A stretch of DNA of 63,707 nt, the filler included, from Octopus bimaculoides (Eukaryota), in NCBI RefSeq assembly GCF_001194135.2. It is 4 parts of 4 records of this genome, joined end to end, with 100 filler letters (N's around TTAATTAATTAA, not from the genome) between each part and the next. Parts side by side here need not be neighbours in the genome. Positions count along the whole stretch, not along the records: positions 30,838 to 60,490 come from NC_069004.1; 3 more parts are not named here. One strand, given 5' to 3'. Position 1 is the first letter of the stretch; the number at the start of each line of letters is the position of its first letter. The notes under the pieces are model-generated. The model did not search any database and was not told the origin of the DNA. It worked only from the letters and a program-made list of their open reading frames with translations. The translations under genes and the position numbers were made by a program. Positions 39,661 to 51,944 of this stretch are shown here, piece after piece.

Positions 39661-40074
39661 CTACAGTGAACTACGTCTTTCTTTTAATATATTTTAATCA
39701 CCATGTTGTATAATGCAGTACTGTACTGTGTTTATATTTATTTATTTATTTATTTTTAGGTGTGAAAATGCTTATTTTTCCACAGAAATGATTAAAATCT
39801 AAAAAAATATAAATACCTGTTAGTCGCAGAAGCCCACAATATACTGAGGAGCCTGCGATATAAATTTACATGTATTAGCAAGAAAACCTGCAATGTACTG
39901 AGGGCGCAATGAGTGAACCATGATATGGCGAGTGATTACTGTACTCTGGTAGTTGAAAGCAATTGTTTTTGTTTTGGTTATAAGGCTGTATTGCGCCTCA
40001 GTAGAAAAGCTTACTGGTGCACAGTCTATCAACCAGGGACAACCATGAGTGCAACTATAAATACAATTTTTTTT

Positions 40075-40370
40075 AGAGGTAAGTAGCTTGCTTACCAACC
40101 ACATGGTTCTGGGTTCAGTCCCACTNNNNNNNNNNTATGTATGTGTGTGTATATATTTGTGTGTCTGTGTTTGTCCACCCAACATTGCCTGACAGCTGAT
40201 GCTGGTGTGTTTATGTCCCCGTAAATTAGTGGTTCGGCAATAGAGACCGATAGAATAAGTACTAGGCTTGCAAAGAATAAGTCCTGGGGTCAATTTGTTC
40301 AACTAAAGGCGGTGCTCCAGCATGGCCGCAGTCAAATGGCTGAAACAAGTAAAAGAGTAAAAGAAAAAAA
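40075..40370 (+). mobile_element. SINE family A
   Basis: Head, middle and tail blocks present. Confidence 0.9.
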
Positions 40371-40676
40371 TAAGAGCAAACAATTGATAAGTTAGTTGGA
40401 TATTTAACTAATTGACAAATAATAATGGAGTAGAATTGAACTAGTGCGTGTATTAATTATAATGGCATGACTCTCCCTAGACACAATAAAATTTATGGAG
40501 TAGGAGCTCTAAGCAGTGAGGTGTATAAATGTAATGTTATTACCAGTTCAAATATGTGTGTGGCATGTTTGGACTCAAACAAGCGATTCACTGTATTTTG
40601 TCCTGGAGAAAATTTCTCACTGTAGACAAAATGGTGTTGATACACCAATATCAGTTTGCAGTGTCACCTATCTAGA

Positions 40677-40724
40677 CTGTGAGATGCAAGCATTTCGGAG
40701 TAGTTATCTCCTCTTCAGTCACAG
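40677..40724 (-). ncRNA. Type I hammerhead ribozyme, apparently intact
   Basis: ctgtga-CTGAAGA-ggag(ataacta)ctcc-GAA-atg(cttg)cat-C-tcacag: 6-bp stem I, 4-bp stem II, stem III capped by a G(CUUG)C loop, AUC triplet. Confidence 0.85.
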
Positions 40725-40762
40725 ACACTAAGCTGGGGCAGTGTCTCCTACCAGCTTAGTGT

Positions 40763-40813
40763 CTGTGACTGAAGAAGAAGAGATAACTACTCCGAAACGC
40801 TTGCATCTCACAG
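40763..40813 (+). ncRNA. Type I hammerhead ribozyme, degenerate partner copy
   Basis: Same as 40677-40724, but stem II is disrupted (agaagag/ctcc) and stem III has a C-A mismatch. Confidence 0.6.
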
Positions 40814-41730
40814 TCTAGATAGGTGACACTGCAAACTGATATTGGTGTATCAACACCATTTTGTCTACAGCGAGAAATTTTCTCCAGGACAAAATACAGT
40901 GAATGGCTTGTTTATGAGTCCAAACATGCCACACACATATTTGAACTGGTAATAACATTACATTTATGCAACAAAATTTGTTTCAACACACCAATTCACA
41001 TAAGGAATCTTGAAAACCAGATACAAAAATTAAATGACCTAATTGTTACCTTATTGACATCTGAGTAGAAGTAACAAGGTTCAATCTAAACAATAAGAGA
41101 TTAATAACAGAAAAATGTGCACTACGGTTCCCAATTCACAAATGGTAAAGGAAAATCACCACATCAAAGTGGGATCAACAAATTTTGACTTTAAACTGCA
41201 TTCTTGTTCTCATTATCAGTAAAGTATTCTAGCGTTTGCTTAAAAGTATTGGTATTTTGTGTGGCTTTGGTATCATGAGGCAAGCCATTGTATGCAGAAC
41301 ATGCAGCAAAATCCAGCATGTTTAGAATATGTGTAATGTTTGATGAATGGATACCAGAGAATATGTCCTGTGTGTCACATGTGATGCACAGGACAGGCAA
41401 AGGGTTAAGCCTGCTGGATCAGGACACTTACCTGGGGCTAAACATCAACTGTTAGGTCAGGGCTGACTCATGAGGAGGGGCTACACTGCATCCCCAACAT
41501 GAACACTGATGTCTGCTCAGTCATAGTTGACTTGAGACTATCCAGCATCACAACAGCAGCAGCAGCAGCAGCACCACCACCACCACCACCACCACCACCA
41601 CCACCACCGTTTTCCAAAATGGATGCAAATACTTTTCTCCATGTGATCAGCTTGAAAAATTATGACACTAGGATATTTTCCTACTTTTCTTAACATGAAA
41701 CCAATGGTAGCCTTAATTCATAAATAAAGA

Positions 41731-41843
<113 letters not shown>

Positions 41844-41947
41844 GTGTATGGAAGTTGCACAGGTACGATTAACACTAAAAATGTACAGAAAATAGACTCC
41901 ATCAAATGCCAGGAGGAAAAAAACCGTAGTTGATTGTTTCTTTTATT

Positions 41948-42975
41948 TAGGTGACCAAGTCAGTAGCAAGAGTGGATTCTCTAAGAGTGTAGCTGCAAGA
42001 ATAAGAATAGGTTGGGTAAAGTTCAGAGAGCTCCTACCTCTGTTGGTAACGAAGGGCCTCCCCCTCAGAGTGAAGAGCAAATTGTATGATGTCTGTGTGC
42101 AAACAGCCATGCTACAAGGCAGTGAAACATGGGCTGTGACTGCTGAGGACATGCAAAAACTTGAAAGAAATGAAGCTAGTATGCTTTGCTAGATGTGCAA
42201 TGTCAGTGTGCATGTACGACAGAATGTAAGCATCTTGAGAGAAAAGTTGGGCATAAGTGGTATTAGATGTGGTGTGCAAGAGATATGAATGTGCTGGTAT
42301 GGTCATGTGATGCGTATGGACAAGGACAGCTGTGTAAAGAAGTGCCAGTCTCTAACAATGGAGGGAAACTGGGGTAGAGGGAGACCCAGGAAGACATGGG
42401 ATGAGGTGGTGAAGCATGATCTTCAAACACTGGGCCTCACAGAGGCAATGACTAGCTACCGAGACATTCGATGATATGCCATGCTTGCGAAGACCTGTCA
42501 AGCGAAGTGAAATCATAGTTCTGACCGTTGTCGATGTCACATAACTGGCACCTGTACTGGTAGCATGTAAAAAGCATCTTTCGAGGGTTGGGCCTCCAGG
42601 AGGCAATGTGGTCAATGCTGGTGTTGCAGAACTAGCAACCATGCCAGTGGCACGTAAAAAGCAGTTTTCAAGCACTGGGCCTCATAGAGGCAATGACAAA
42701 TGACTGAGGCCTTTGGCAGTATGCACTGCTTGAGAAGGAAGATCCAGCAAGCCGAGTGAAATTATAGTTGTGGCACACAACTGGCACCTGTAATGGAGGC
42801 ATGTAAAAGCATCCATTACTTCCTTGAAGTGGTTGGCATTAGGAAGGGCATCCAGCCATAGGAACCATGCCAAATCAGACAGGAATCTGGTGCAGCCCCT
42901 CATCTTACCAGTCCTGGTCAAACTGTCCAACCTATGCCAGTGTGTACAATAGAAGTTAAATGATGATAATGATGA
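41948..42975 (+). mobile_element. RTE LINE 3' end (RT C-terminus, 3' UTR and (GAT)n tail), 5'-truncated
   Basis: YLGDQVS..RIRIGWVKFRELLPLL..LQGSETWAVT..WYGHVMRM..GRGRPRKTWDEVV, with stops. The 3' UTR is the family B sequence. Confidence 0.9.
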
Positions 42976-43601
42976 CAATGATGGGCTTCTTTCAGTTTCC
43001 ATCTACCAAATCCACTCACACAGCTTTGGTCAGCCTGAGAAGAGACTTGCCCAAGGTACCACGCAGTAGAACTGAACATGGAGCCATGTGGTTGGGAAGC
43101 AAACTTCTTACCTTATAATCATCCTGATTTTCTTCATTTTTTAAAATTTAAAATTTATTTTTTTTCATATAAGATTATTTTCTGTTTCATAAATTCTAAA
43201 CTCATTTTTAGCTCAAATTTTTTCTTGGCTGCAAATCTTACAATTATTACCTTATATCAATGTATTGTTATTTGCTTAATTCAATTTTATTTTATTTGTT
43301 TTCAATATTTATATTGTTTTTTTTGTTAACAGTCAATCATATTATCCAACAGATACCATTAATTTTGAAATGTCATGGCTCTAACATTTGATGAGCTTTA
43401 AATGCTTATTTGATCATATGTCAAATAATTATCATTGCATTATTTATAAGCCATTGCATTGTTCCAAACAATCACTTCTGTCTTATGATCAGTTATATGA
43501 AAGCTGGAGAGACAGTCTGTGAAGTTTTTCAGCTTAAAAAAAAATCTCCTGTATACATACTTACACACATACACACATACATACATACATCATGCATGCA
43601 T

Positions 43602-44079
43602 ATGTATGTGCTGTTATGTATACCTATAATATAATGAAGGGAGAAAACTTACAATATTTTCTGAAGGTGGCGAGATAAATGTTTGTCAACGACCTTTTGG
43701 CAGAAGTGAAATAATGTTGGTATGGATAACAAGCATATATACAGGAAGTGAGCATGGGACGAGACAGGTAATCTCGCTTACTTCCTGTTAACGAGTGAGG
43801 CAGGTAATCTCGTTTACTTCCTGTTGAAAAGTGGAGTTGAGAAGACAGCAGAGCTTGGCGCGGATAGTACCAAAACTAGAGAAGGAGCTGCATACGAATC
43901 GGACCATTCACCACCTACCTTTAAACAACTGAGGACTAGACATGAAATTCTTTGGGTATTATACCTGTTGTTACATAATCCCAATCTTTGAACATTAATT
44001 CCTTGTTGGAACAATTTCTGTTGTTGCGATCAGAAGTTTACCCCTTTTTTTTTACATAAGACTTTGCCTGATCGTAACA
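43602..44079. mobile_element. Candidate solo LTR
   Basis: Termini are TGTTAT...GTAACA. There are internal 25-bp direct repeats (43765-43789, 43801-43825), and CpGs are retained within a CpG-poor block. No clean TSD. Confidence 0.4.
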
Positions 44080-44409
44080 GTATGTACCAACAAATTTGCA
44101 CAAAAACCTAGAAATACTCAGTTTCATTGAAAAAGAGCAAAAGAAACTGACACAGATTCTTCAAATCCATTCTATTAAATGGCACAGTAAAGATCTGTAA
44201 GACATTCCAAAAATTCTCCATCTGAGATTCTTAGGTGAATAGATGCACACACTTGGGTAACATTTCAACCAACAAACCAATTCAACCACATATTTACAAA
44301 CACCTGGAACTCTCTTAACCCCCAAAAGTCTTGTCACTTTGTTAGCGACCGGCTTGAACTCTCTTAAGAAGAACTTAGATTAAACTTTAAAATACCATAC
44401 GTTCCTTTA

Positions 44410-44790
44410 TTCCTTTACTTGTTTCAGTCATTTGACTGCGGCCATACTGGAGCACCACCTTGACGGGTTTTAGTCAAACAAATCTACCCCAAGACTTATT
44501 TCTTAAGCCTAGTAGTTATTCTATCAGTCTCTTTTTGCCAAACTGCTAAGTTATGGGGATGTAAACACACCAACACTGGTTGTCAAGCGGTGGGGGGAAC
44601 AAACAAAACACAAAGACACACACACATACACACACATGATGGGCTTATTTCAGTTTCCATCTATCCAATCCACTTACAAAACCTTGGTCAACTGGAGGCT
44701 ATAGTAAAAGACACTTGCCAAGGTGCCACACTGTGGGACTGAACTGGGAACCATGTGGTTAGAAAATAAGCTTCTTACCACACCGCCATG
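44410..44790 (-). mobile_element. SINE family A
   Basis: Diagnostic blocks present. Confidence 0.85.
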
Positions 44791-45411
44791 CCTGCATCTA
44801 CATGCATACATACATTTATGATGATGATGATCATCATCATCAAGAATAAGGGAAATACTGGTGGAAATGGTGATCTTACAGTTACATTGTGAGGAAGTTT
44901 CAGGCCGACAGGAATAGGAGAGAAAAATAAATCCTAAATGCAACAGAAATTCCACAGTACATGAGTTTAGATATTATAGTGACATCAACGATGGTAACAG
45001 GGAAATATTTTGGTATAATTCAGTATTTGGGCTCTATGTGTCATTTCCCTAACATTTCCCTAAATCCAGTAAATACCACAAAATTTTTTATAGACACATG
45101 ATGAAACTATTTTATGCAATGTCTTACAACTTAGAATTCTATATTTTTAAACTGAATAATAAACAGCTTAACTGCAAAAATAATAGCAAGTGCAATAATT
45201 ATGATAGTAATAATAATATAGAAATAGTCCAACTGAATGTAGATGAGTTGAATAATGAGAGAGTGAGAGAGGGAGGGAGAGATGGAGAGAAAGATAGGTA
45301 GTGCTGTCATCATAGTAACTAACAAGTTTTGATTAAAAATGCAGGAATTTTAAGTGCAAGTCTGCCAACACAATACAACATATACTTATAAAAAAAATAA
45401 CTATGTATGTG

Positions 45412-45451
<40 letters not shown>

Positions 45452-45461
45452 NNNNNNNNNN

Positions 45462-45499
<38 letters not shown>

Positions 45500-45579
45500 T
45501 ATAATACATATGATTAATTTTGGGTTGTTGTGTGTGTATTTCTCTCTGTGTATGTTTCTGTATGTCTTTCAGCATATAG

Positions 45580-46075
45580 ACAATGCACCACAGACTTCAA
45601 AAAAATGACTTCCACTATAATGTGAGATTGTTGTTGTTGAGAGAGAAATACATTGAAAGAGAGTGTGTGAAAGATAGAATTAAAATTTGTTTGAAGAAAA
45701 AAAAGGACCGGTTGTTGTTGACCATATCAGTGTCTTCATTATAGTAGGCTTCTACTCAAGGATCTATTTCATCTTGACCAGGTCGTTACTGGCAGCATAT
45801 TGACAGGTAACAACTAATAATATAAAAAGATATAGTTTAAGGAATATAAGTTCCTTTTCTTTTGATAATAAATGTTTCCGTAAAAGTATTGTCAAAGTTG
45901 GGGTCCATTGACATTCCCATGGTGATCTCAGATGATGCTGATAGACCTCACCTGCAAACATGAAGCATTTAAGGGTGAGAATGAATTCTGTGAGGAGGAG
46001 AAGTGTAGATGTGCTGGGTTTGAGGACAGTGCAACGATAGGAGAAGGATTGGAGGGTCAGGAGACCATCACTGGG
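45580..46075 (-). mobile_element. Penelope-like reverse transcriptase fragment
   Basis: GLLTLQSFSYRCTVLKPSTSTLLLLTEFILTLKCFMFAGEVYQH, then after a frameshift ITMGMSMDPNFDNTF. This corresponds to the PLE motif F.F.G..Y.Q..G.AMG...AP..AN.F. Confidence 0.75.
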
Positions 46076-46639
46076 TAGGACGGCAGTATATATGTGTGTG
46101 TGTGTGTGTATCTATCTACCTGCCTGCCTGCATGTCTGTATGTATGTATGTATGTATGTATGTATGTACGTACGTATGTATGTATATGTATAATAGATAT
46201 GTCTATAGTAGATACACCATACCTGATATGACCTGTCTATGTACTGGCATTGTGCATTTTGTTAAGGGGTTTAGCAAGTGTTCAGTGATGAAATAATTTG
46301 TTCTTAACAAGGAAACCTTAAATAAGAGCCCTTTAGCAGATCTCTCTTTTATTTAAGGTTTCCTAATAATAAAACCTTTAAAAGCTGGGTTGGCTATGTT
46401 TGGATTATCTTAGGTTAACTTAGCTAATATGAAAGAAAAATAAACACCACACAAGGTCCTCACTACTTATGGATAATGCACCAAAATACTTTAAACTTTT
46501 ACAAATGTGGGGTTTCACAATCTCTGAAAGCTCTATTGTAATCACACAACCTCCTAGAAATACCAGCTACATTTACCTCAAATCTCACATATTAGTTTCT
46601 TAAAATGGGATCAGGGAAGATTTGGCATATATGTATGTA

Positions 46640-47030
46640 TGTGTATATCATCATCATCATCATCGTTTAAGTTTGCTTTCCATGCTGGCATGAGTTGGAC
46701 GGTTTGACTGAGGACTGGCAAACCAGGAGGCTGTACCAGGTTCCAATCTGTTCTGGATGCCCTTTCTAACACCAACCACTCCAAGAGTGTAGTGGGTGCT
46801 TTTAACATGCCACCGGCATGGGGGCCAGTCAGGTGGCACTGACATCGGCCATGCTCAAATGGTGCTTCTTACGTGTCACTGGCATGGGGGCCAGTCAGGT
46901 GGCACTGGTATCAACCACACTCAAATGGTGTTTTTTACATGCCACCTGCACTGGCATTGGCTATGACAACACTTTCACTTGACTCAACAGGTCTTCTCAA
47001 GCACAAGATATTGCCAAACGATTGAAAACG
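46640..47030 (-). mobile_element. RTE 3'-UTR fragment (family B)
   Basis: A (cat)n tail is followed by family B blocks. Confidence 0.85.
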
Positions 47031-47038
47031 GGCCAGTA

Positions 47039-47165
47039 AGTTTTGATGTATAAAAACCTTTCTGCTTCAGCTTTTGCAAATATATCAGCTGCAAACTGAT
47101 GGAAGAGATTTTGACTTCTATGAAGAAAGTTGAAGGAATTATCTTTGATCTTATTTCTGAAGGCT
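47039..47165 (-). mobile_element. Helitron Rep/helicase fragment
   Basis: DNSFNFLHRSQNLFHQFAADIFAKAEAERFLYIK resembles the conserved Helitron motif FN.L....LF.Q..VD.YAK.E.ERL..IR. Confidence 0.7.
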
Positions 47166-47199
47166 GTCATAAGATTGGTGAGTTTCACCACACGTTTCA

Positions 47200-47560
47200 A
47201 TGTAGACATCTATATATGGGAGAATATACAAATAATAACAACAGACGAGGACAGGTGGTGTAAATAACAAAAGTATATATTAGTATGACGCTCGGGAATA
47301 CGGAAAGTCTTTGACGTTTCGAGCTACGCTCTTCAACAGAAAGAATACGGAGACAAGGAGAAAAACACGGAGAAAAAAAATTGAATAGTGTTCAGTCAAC
47401 GGTCAATCATAATAATGGCCGATCATAACAATGGCTGACCGGAAGTTAGAAATTCTTATTTCAGGAGAGCTAAGAAAGGGGGAGATAACAAACGGTGATC
47501 GGGAACGAGGGGCTGTGTGTGGGAGGTAGAATGCTGGTGATCTTGACGTATGTAGTGTGA
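47200..47560 (-). mobile_element. Penelope-like pseudo-LTR fragment
   Basis: Contains a minimal HHR at 47308-47344 and is CpG-rich relative to its surroundings. Confidence 0.6.
47308..47344 (-). ncRNA. Minimal hammerhead variant (core CUGUUGA)
   Basis: tcttt-CTGTTGA-a-gagc(gta)gctc-GAA-ACGT-C-aaaga: perfect 5-bp stem I, GUC triplet, A6-to-U core change. Confidence 0.6.
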
Positions 47561-48759
47561 AANNNNNNNNNNNNNNNNNNNNNNNNNNNNNNNNNNNNNN
47601 NNNNNNNNNNNNNNNNNNNNNNNNNNNNNNNNNNNNNNNNNNNNNNNNNNNNNNNNNNNNNNNNNNNNNNNNNNNNNNNNNNNNNNNNNNNNNNNNNNNN
47701 NNNNNNNNNNNNNNNNNNNNNNNNNNNNNNNNNNNNNNNNNNNNNNNNNNNNNNNNNNNNNNNNNNNNNNNNNNNNNNNNNNNNNNNNNNNNNNNNNNNN
47801 NNNNNNNNNNNNNNNNNNNNNNNNNNNNNNNNNNNNNNNNNNNNNNNNNNNNNNNNNNNNNNNNNNNNNNNNNNNNNNNNNNNNNNNNNNNNNNNNNNNN
47901 NNNNNNNNNNNNNNNNNNNNNNNNNNNNNNNNNNNNNNNNNNNNNNNNNNNNNNNNNNNNNNNNNNNNNNNNNNNNNNNNNNNNNNNNNNNNNNNNNNNN
48001 NNNNNNNNNNNNNNNNNNNNNNNNNNNNNNNNNNNNNNNNNNNNNNNNNNNNNNNNNNNNNNNNNNNNNNNNNNNNNNNNNNNNNNNNNNNNNNNNNNNN
48101 NNNNNNNNNNATATATATATATATATATATATAAATATATATGCATAAATGTAATTCTTTTCCAAATAAATTATGCTTCTTATTTGAGGCTCTGGTGAAG
48201 TGATAAGGTGTTACTCAGGGGCCTCAACTATGAGTCCACTGCATCCTATGGCAGAAACAGCTGTAAGCTAAAGAAGTTTATAAGGTAATTGTTTATTCCT
48301 TTATCATCTCATTTTCCTTTAAGCCAAGTGAGATTGTAGTGGTGGCTGATGCTGGTGTTTCGTAAATGGTACCCATTCCAGTGGTAAGTAAAAAGCACCC
48401 AGTACACTCTTGGAGTAGTTGGCATTAGGAAGGGCATCAAGCTGCAGAAACCATGCCAAATCAGGCTGAAACCTGGTGCAGCCCCACAGCTTACCAGTTT
48501 TCAGTCAAACCATCCAACACATGCCAGCATGGAAAACGGACGTTAAATGATGATGATGATGATGATATGTATGTATGTGTGTATGTATTACTTTGAAAGA
48601 GGATTTGGTCAATAGAAGCTTAAGGAAGCCTGCCATATGTGTGTTTGTGTGTTTGTGTGTATATGTCTACCTGTATATTTATATGTGTGTGTGCTTGTAG
48701 AAAATCTGTCTCAACAAGTTCCATCTGACCCATGCATGTATTAAAAAGTAGACACTAAA

Positions 48760-49160
48760 ACGATGATGACAATGACGATGACAACGATGAGGATGACAAC
48801 AACAGTGATGATAATGATGACAATGATGACGATGATGACGATAATGATGATAATGACAATGACGATGAAAACGATGATCGCAATGATTATGGTGATGATG
48901 ATGATGATGATGGCAATGATGACGACAACGACAATGATGATGATGACAATAATGATGATGGTGATGATGGTAATGATGATAATGGCGATGACAACGATGA
49001 TTATTATGGTGATGACGACAATGACGATGATGATGATGACAATGATGGTTATGGTGATGATGATGATGGTGATGATGATGGTGGTGATGATGATGACGGT
49101 GATGATGATGATGACGATGACAACGATGATTATTATGGTGATGATGATGATCATGATGAT
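48760..49160. repeat. Degenerate (GAT/GAC/AAT)n tract
   Basis: Explains the poly-His/Ile/Met ORFs. Confidence 0.95.
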
Positions 49161-49910
49161 AAATAAATGCAGGCATGGCTGTGGTTAAGCAGTTCACTTT
49201 GCAGCCACATGGTTTCTGGCTCAGTTCCACTGCACAGCGCTTTGAGCAAGAGTCTTCAGCTACATCCCCAGGCTAACCAATGCTTTGTGAGTGAATTTGG
49301 CAGATGGAAATTCTGTGGAAGCCCATATGCATAGAGTGTGTGTAGGGGTACAATATATGGTACCCCTATACACACTCCATGCATACATAAATACTCCAAA
49401 GAGTTTAACCAAAACATAAACAAAAAAACATACTAATGAACTCAGATGTGGCCTTTGCCCACCCCCCTGAAAATGGTGCACATGTAGTAGCACTAAACAT
49501 ATTCCGTTTCTACAAGAACACAACCCTAAGATATACACATATTCCCCATACCCTCTTTTCCAGAAAACTTTTGTTGCCTTGCAACACCCCCAGAGATGGT
49601 GTTTTAGCACCAAGGGACATAGCTTTTAGCTTAATCCTTGCTTGATTCATTTCATCATCTTTTTCACAGCAAACACAAACCGGGTGTGTCTGTTCACCTA
49701 CAGTCGTCATATTTCATTCCATAGCTGTCAGCTCTGAAGAGTGCAGGGTTATATAATCGGACTTAGTTAACACTCTGGTGTACCCCTAGTGTGAAACTGA
49801 TAAGATCAGCCATAATGGATATATAATACTGTACACTTTGATTAAAATACCCACTCTACTGACAAATATACAATTGAATTGTTTTCCTGATTTATGGATT
49901 CTTAACTGGC

Positions 49911-49941
<31 letters not shown>

Positions 49942-50329
49942 GTCTTTGTGTGTGTCTTCCCACCTCAGCCTGACAACTGGTGTTAGTTTGTTTATGTCTC
50001 TGTACCTTAGCAGTTCAATAAAAGAGATTGCTACAATAAATACCAGACTTAAAAAAACATAAATTGTGGGGTCAATTTGTTCAATTAAACCCTTCAAGGC
50101 AATGCCCCAGCATGGCCACAGTCCAACGACTGAAACAAGTAAAAGATAAAAGATAGGCACAGGCATAGCTGTGTGATAAGAAGCTTGCTTCCCAACCACA
50201 TGGTACTGGGTTCAGTTCCACTGTGTGGTACTTTGGGCAAATGTCTTCTGCTATAGCCTCAGGCTGATCAAAGCATTGTTAGTAGATTTTGTAGAAGAAA
50301 CTGAAAGAAGCCTGTTGTATATATATATG

Positions 50330-50510
50330 AGAATAACCAGCCGAAATTGCAAAGATAATCTGGAACTCGACTGATGAAAGAAGACTCCGAATGACCTGCC
50401 TTGTTTTCTTTGTATCATCTATCTGGATGTTTTGTTGTCCCTTTCTTGTATCACCTAACTGTCTGGATATTTTGCATTCTTGTCCCATTTTGTATTATTT
50501 ATATATATGT
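50330..50510 (+). mobile_element. Penelope-like terminal fragment with decayed hammerhead (CTGATGA at 50371)
   Basis: CTGATGA-aagaaga-ctcc-GAAt; stems are mostly lost. Confidence 0.35.
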
Positions 50511-51098
50511 ATATATTGGAATTTGAAATTTGAAATCTGAAATTGAAATCGAACCGAATCCGACGACGGGCACCCATGCCGACCTCTCCTTCATTGGACA
50601 CTAAACTCTGCTTGCGAAGACCTGTTGGGGCAAGTGAAATCGAAATCGTAATTGAACCATACTCGATGACTGGCACCTGCACCAGTGGAGCACTAACAGC
50701 ACTGTCCGAGCGTGTTCATTACCAGAGCAGCTGTCTGGCTTCCGTGCTAGTGGCCCGTAAATAGCACCATTTGAGCGTAACTGTTACCAGCATCGCCTTC
50801 TAGCACTTGTGCTGGTGGCATGTTAGAAAATCATTCGAGTGAGGTTGTTGCCAGTGCCGCTGGACTGGCTCCCGTGCAGGTGGCACGTAAAAACACCTTT
50901 TTGAGCATGGCCATTGCCAGTACCGTGTGACTGGCCCTTGTGTGGTAGCACGTAAAAGCACCCACTACACTCTCGTAGTGGTTGGCATGAGGAAGAGCAT
51001 CCAACTGTATATCAGATTGGAGTCTGGTGCAGCCTTCTGGCTTGCCAGTCCTCAGTCAAATCGTCCAACCCATACTGGCTGGAAAGCAGACGTTAAAC

Positions 51099-51130
<32 letters not shown>
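50510..51130 (+). mobile_element. RTE 3' end (family B), long copy
   Basis: Near-identical organisation to 53460-54050, ending in (GAT)n. Confidence 0.85.
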
Positions 51131-51131
<1 letters not shown>

Positions 51132-51533
51132 ATATGTGTGTGTATGTGTGTGTGTGTTTATCTTAGAGGCTGTTTGTGCCCTATCCCTGTTTGATAACAT
51201 GTGTTGGTGTGTTTACATCCCCGTAACTTAGCAGTTGGCAAAAAGAGACCAACAGGATAAATATCACACTTATCAAAAAATAAGTCCTGGGGTTGATACA
51301 TTCAAGTAAAAAATATTCTTCAGGCTGGTGCTTCAGCATGGCCGCAGTCTAATGACTGAAACAAGCAAAAGCTAAAAGATAAAAAAATATAAAGAACAAA
51401 AACACAGAAATAAAAACAAAACAGAGTATTTATAAAATATTTTCCGTATTTTATTCAAAATAATCAATTTAAAAATGAAATTCTTGTCCTTTCCTTGTTT
51501 TCTTCTTTTTGCTTCTTCTTCTTTTCTTTGTAG

Positions 51534-51641
51534 AGTTTCTTTCTCTCCAGAGCAGAGGAAGACTTTGGAAGAAATGGTGAAAAAGGACTTCTGGAGGATA
51601 AACCTTGCAAAAGAGACAATGAAGGGCTGCTGCAAGAAATG
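51534..51641 (+). CDS. Candidate 108-nt internal exon of an unidentified gene
   Basis: A long polypyrimidine tract and TAG acceptor precede it, and the donor is ATG|GTGAGA. Two frames are open (SFFLSRAEEDFGRNGEKGLLEDKPCKRDNEGLLQEM or VSFSPEQRKTLEEMVKKDFWRINLAKETMKGCCKK). Confidence 0.45.
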
Positions 51642-51902
51642 GTGAGAATATGCTGTGCTGGGAAAGGACCTGCTTGAGCCATGCAAGAATAGAGGAAGCA
51701 AAAGGCCAAAAAAACAAAAACTGCAAAAAAAACAACCTAAACTTTGATTGATGATGCTGAGAATGATGTTGGTAGTTGTGGTTATGATGATAATGATGAT
51801 GATCATCATGGTGGCGGTGGTGGTGGGTGGAGATGTTGATGACAATACTGATGATAATGATGATGATGATGCATCTGATGATGACAATGATGATGATGAT
51901 GT

Positions 51903-51944
<42 letters not shown>

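Larger units (their letters stand above)
40522..40970. repeat. Long inverted repeat (foldback), ~215-bp arms, 14-nt spacer; inverted Penelope-like pseudo-LTRs
   Basis: 40522-40736 is the reverse complement of 40751-40970, with only a handful of differences. Each arm carries a hammerhead. Confidence 0.95.

Noticed and set aside
41424-41436. acttacctgg resembling the U1 snRNA 5' end or a perfect minus-strand donor
   Set aside because: No further U1 similarity, and all upstream minus frames are closed.
45750-45806. Plus-strand exon candidate LLLKDLFHLDQVVTGSILT with a GTAACA donor
   Set aside because: It lies antisense within the Penelope-like RT fragment.
48679-49230. 183-aa His/Cys-rich ORF suggestive of a metal-binding protein
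   Set aside because: It comes from a degenerate (GAT)n tract that is open in several frames and is flanked by SINEs.
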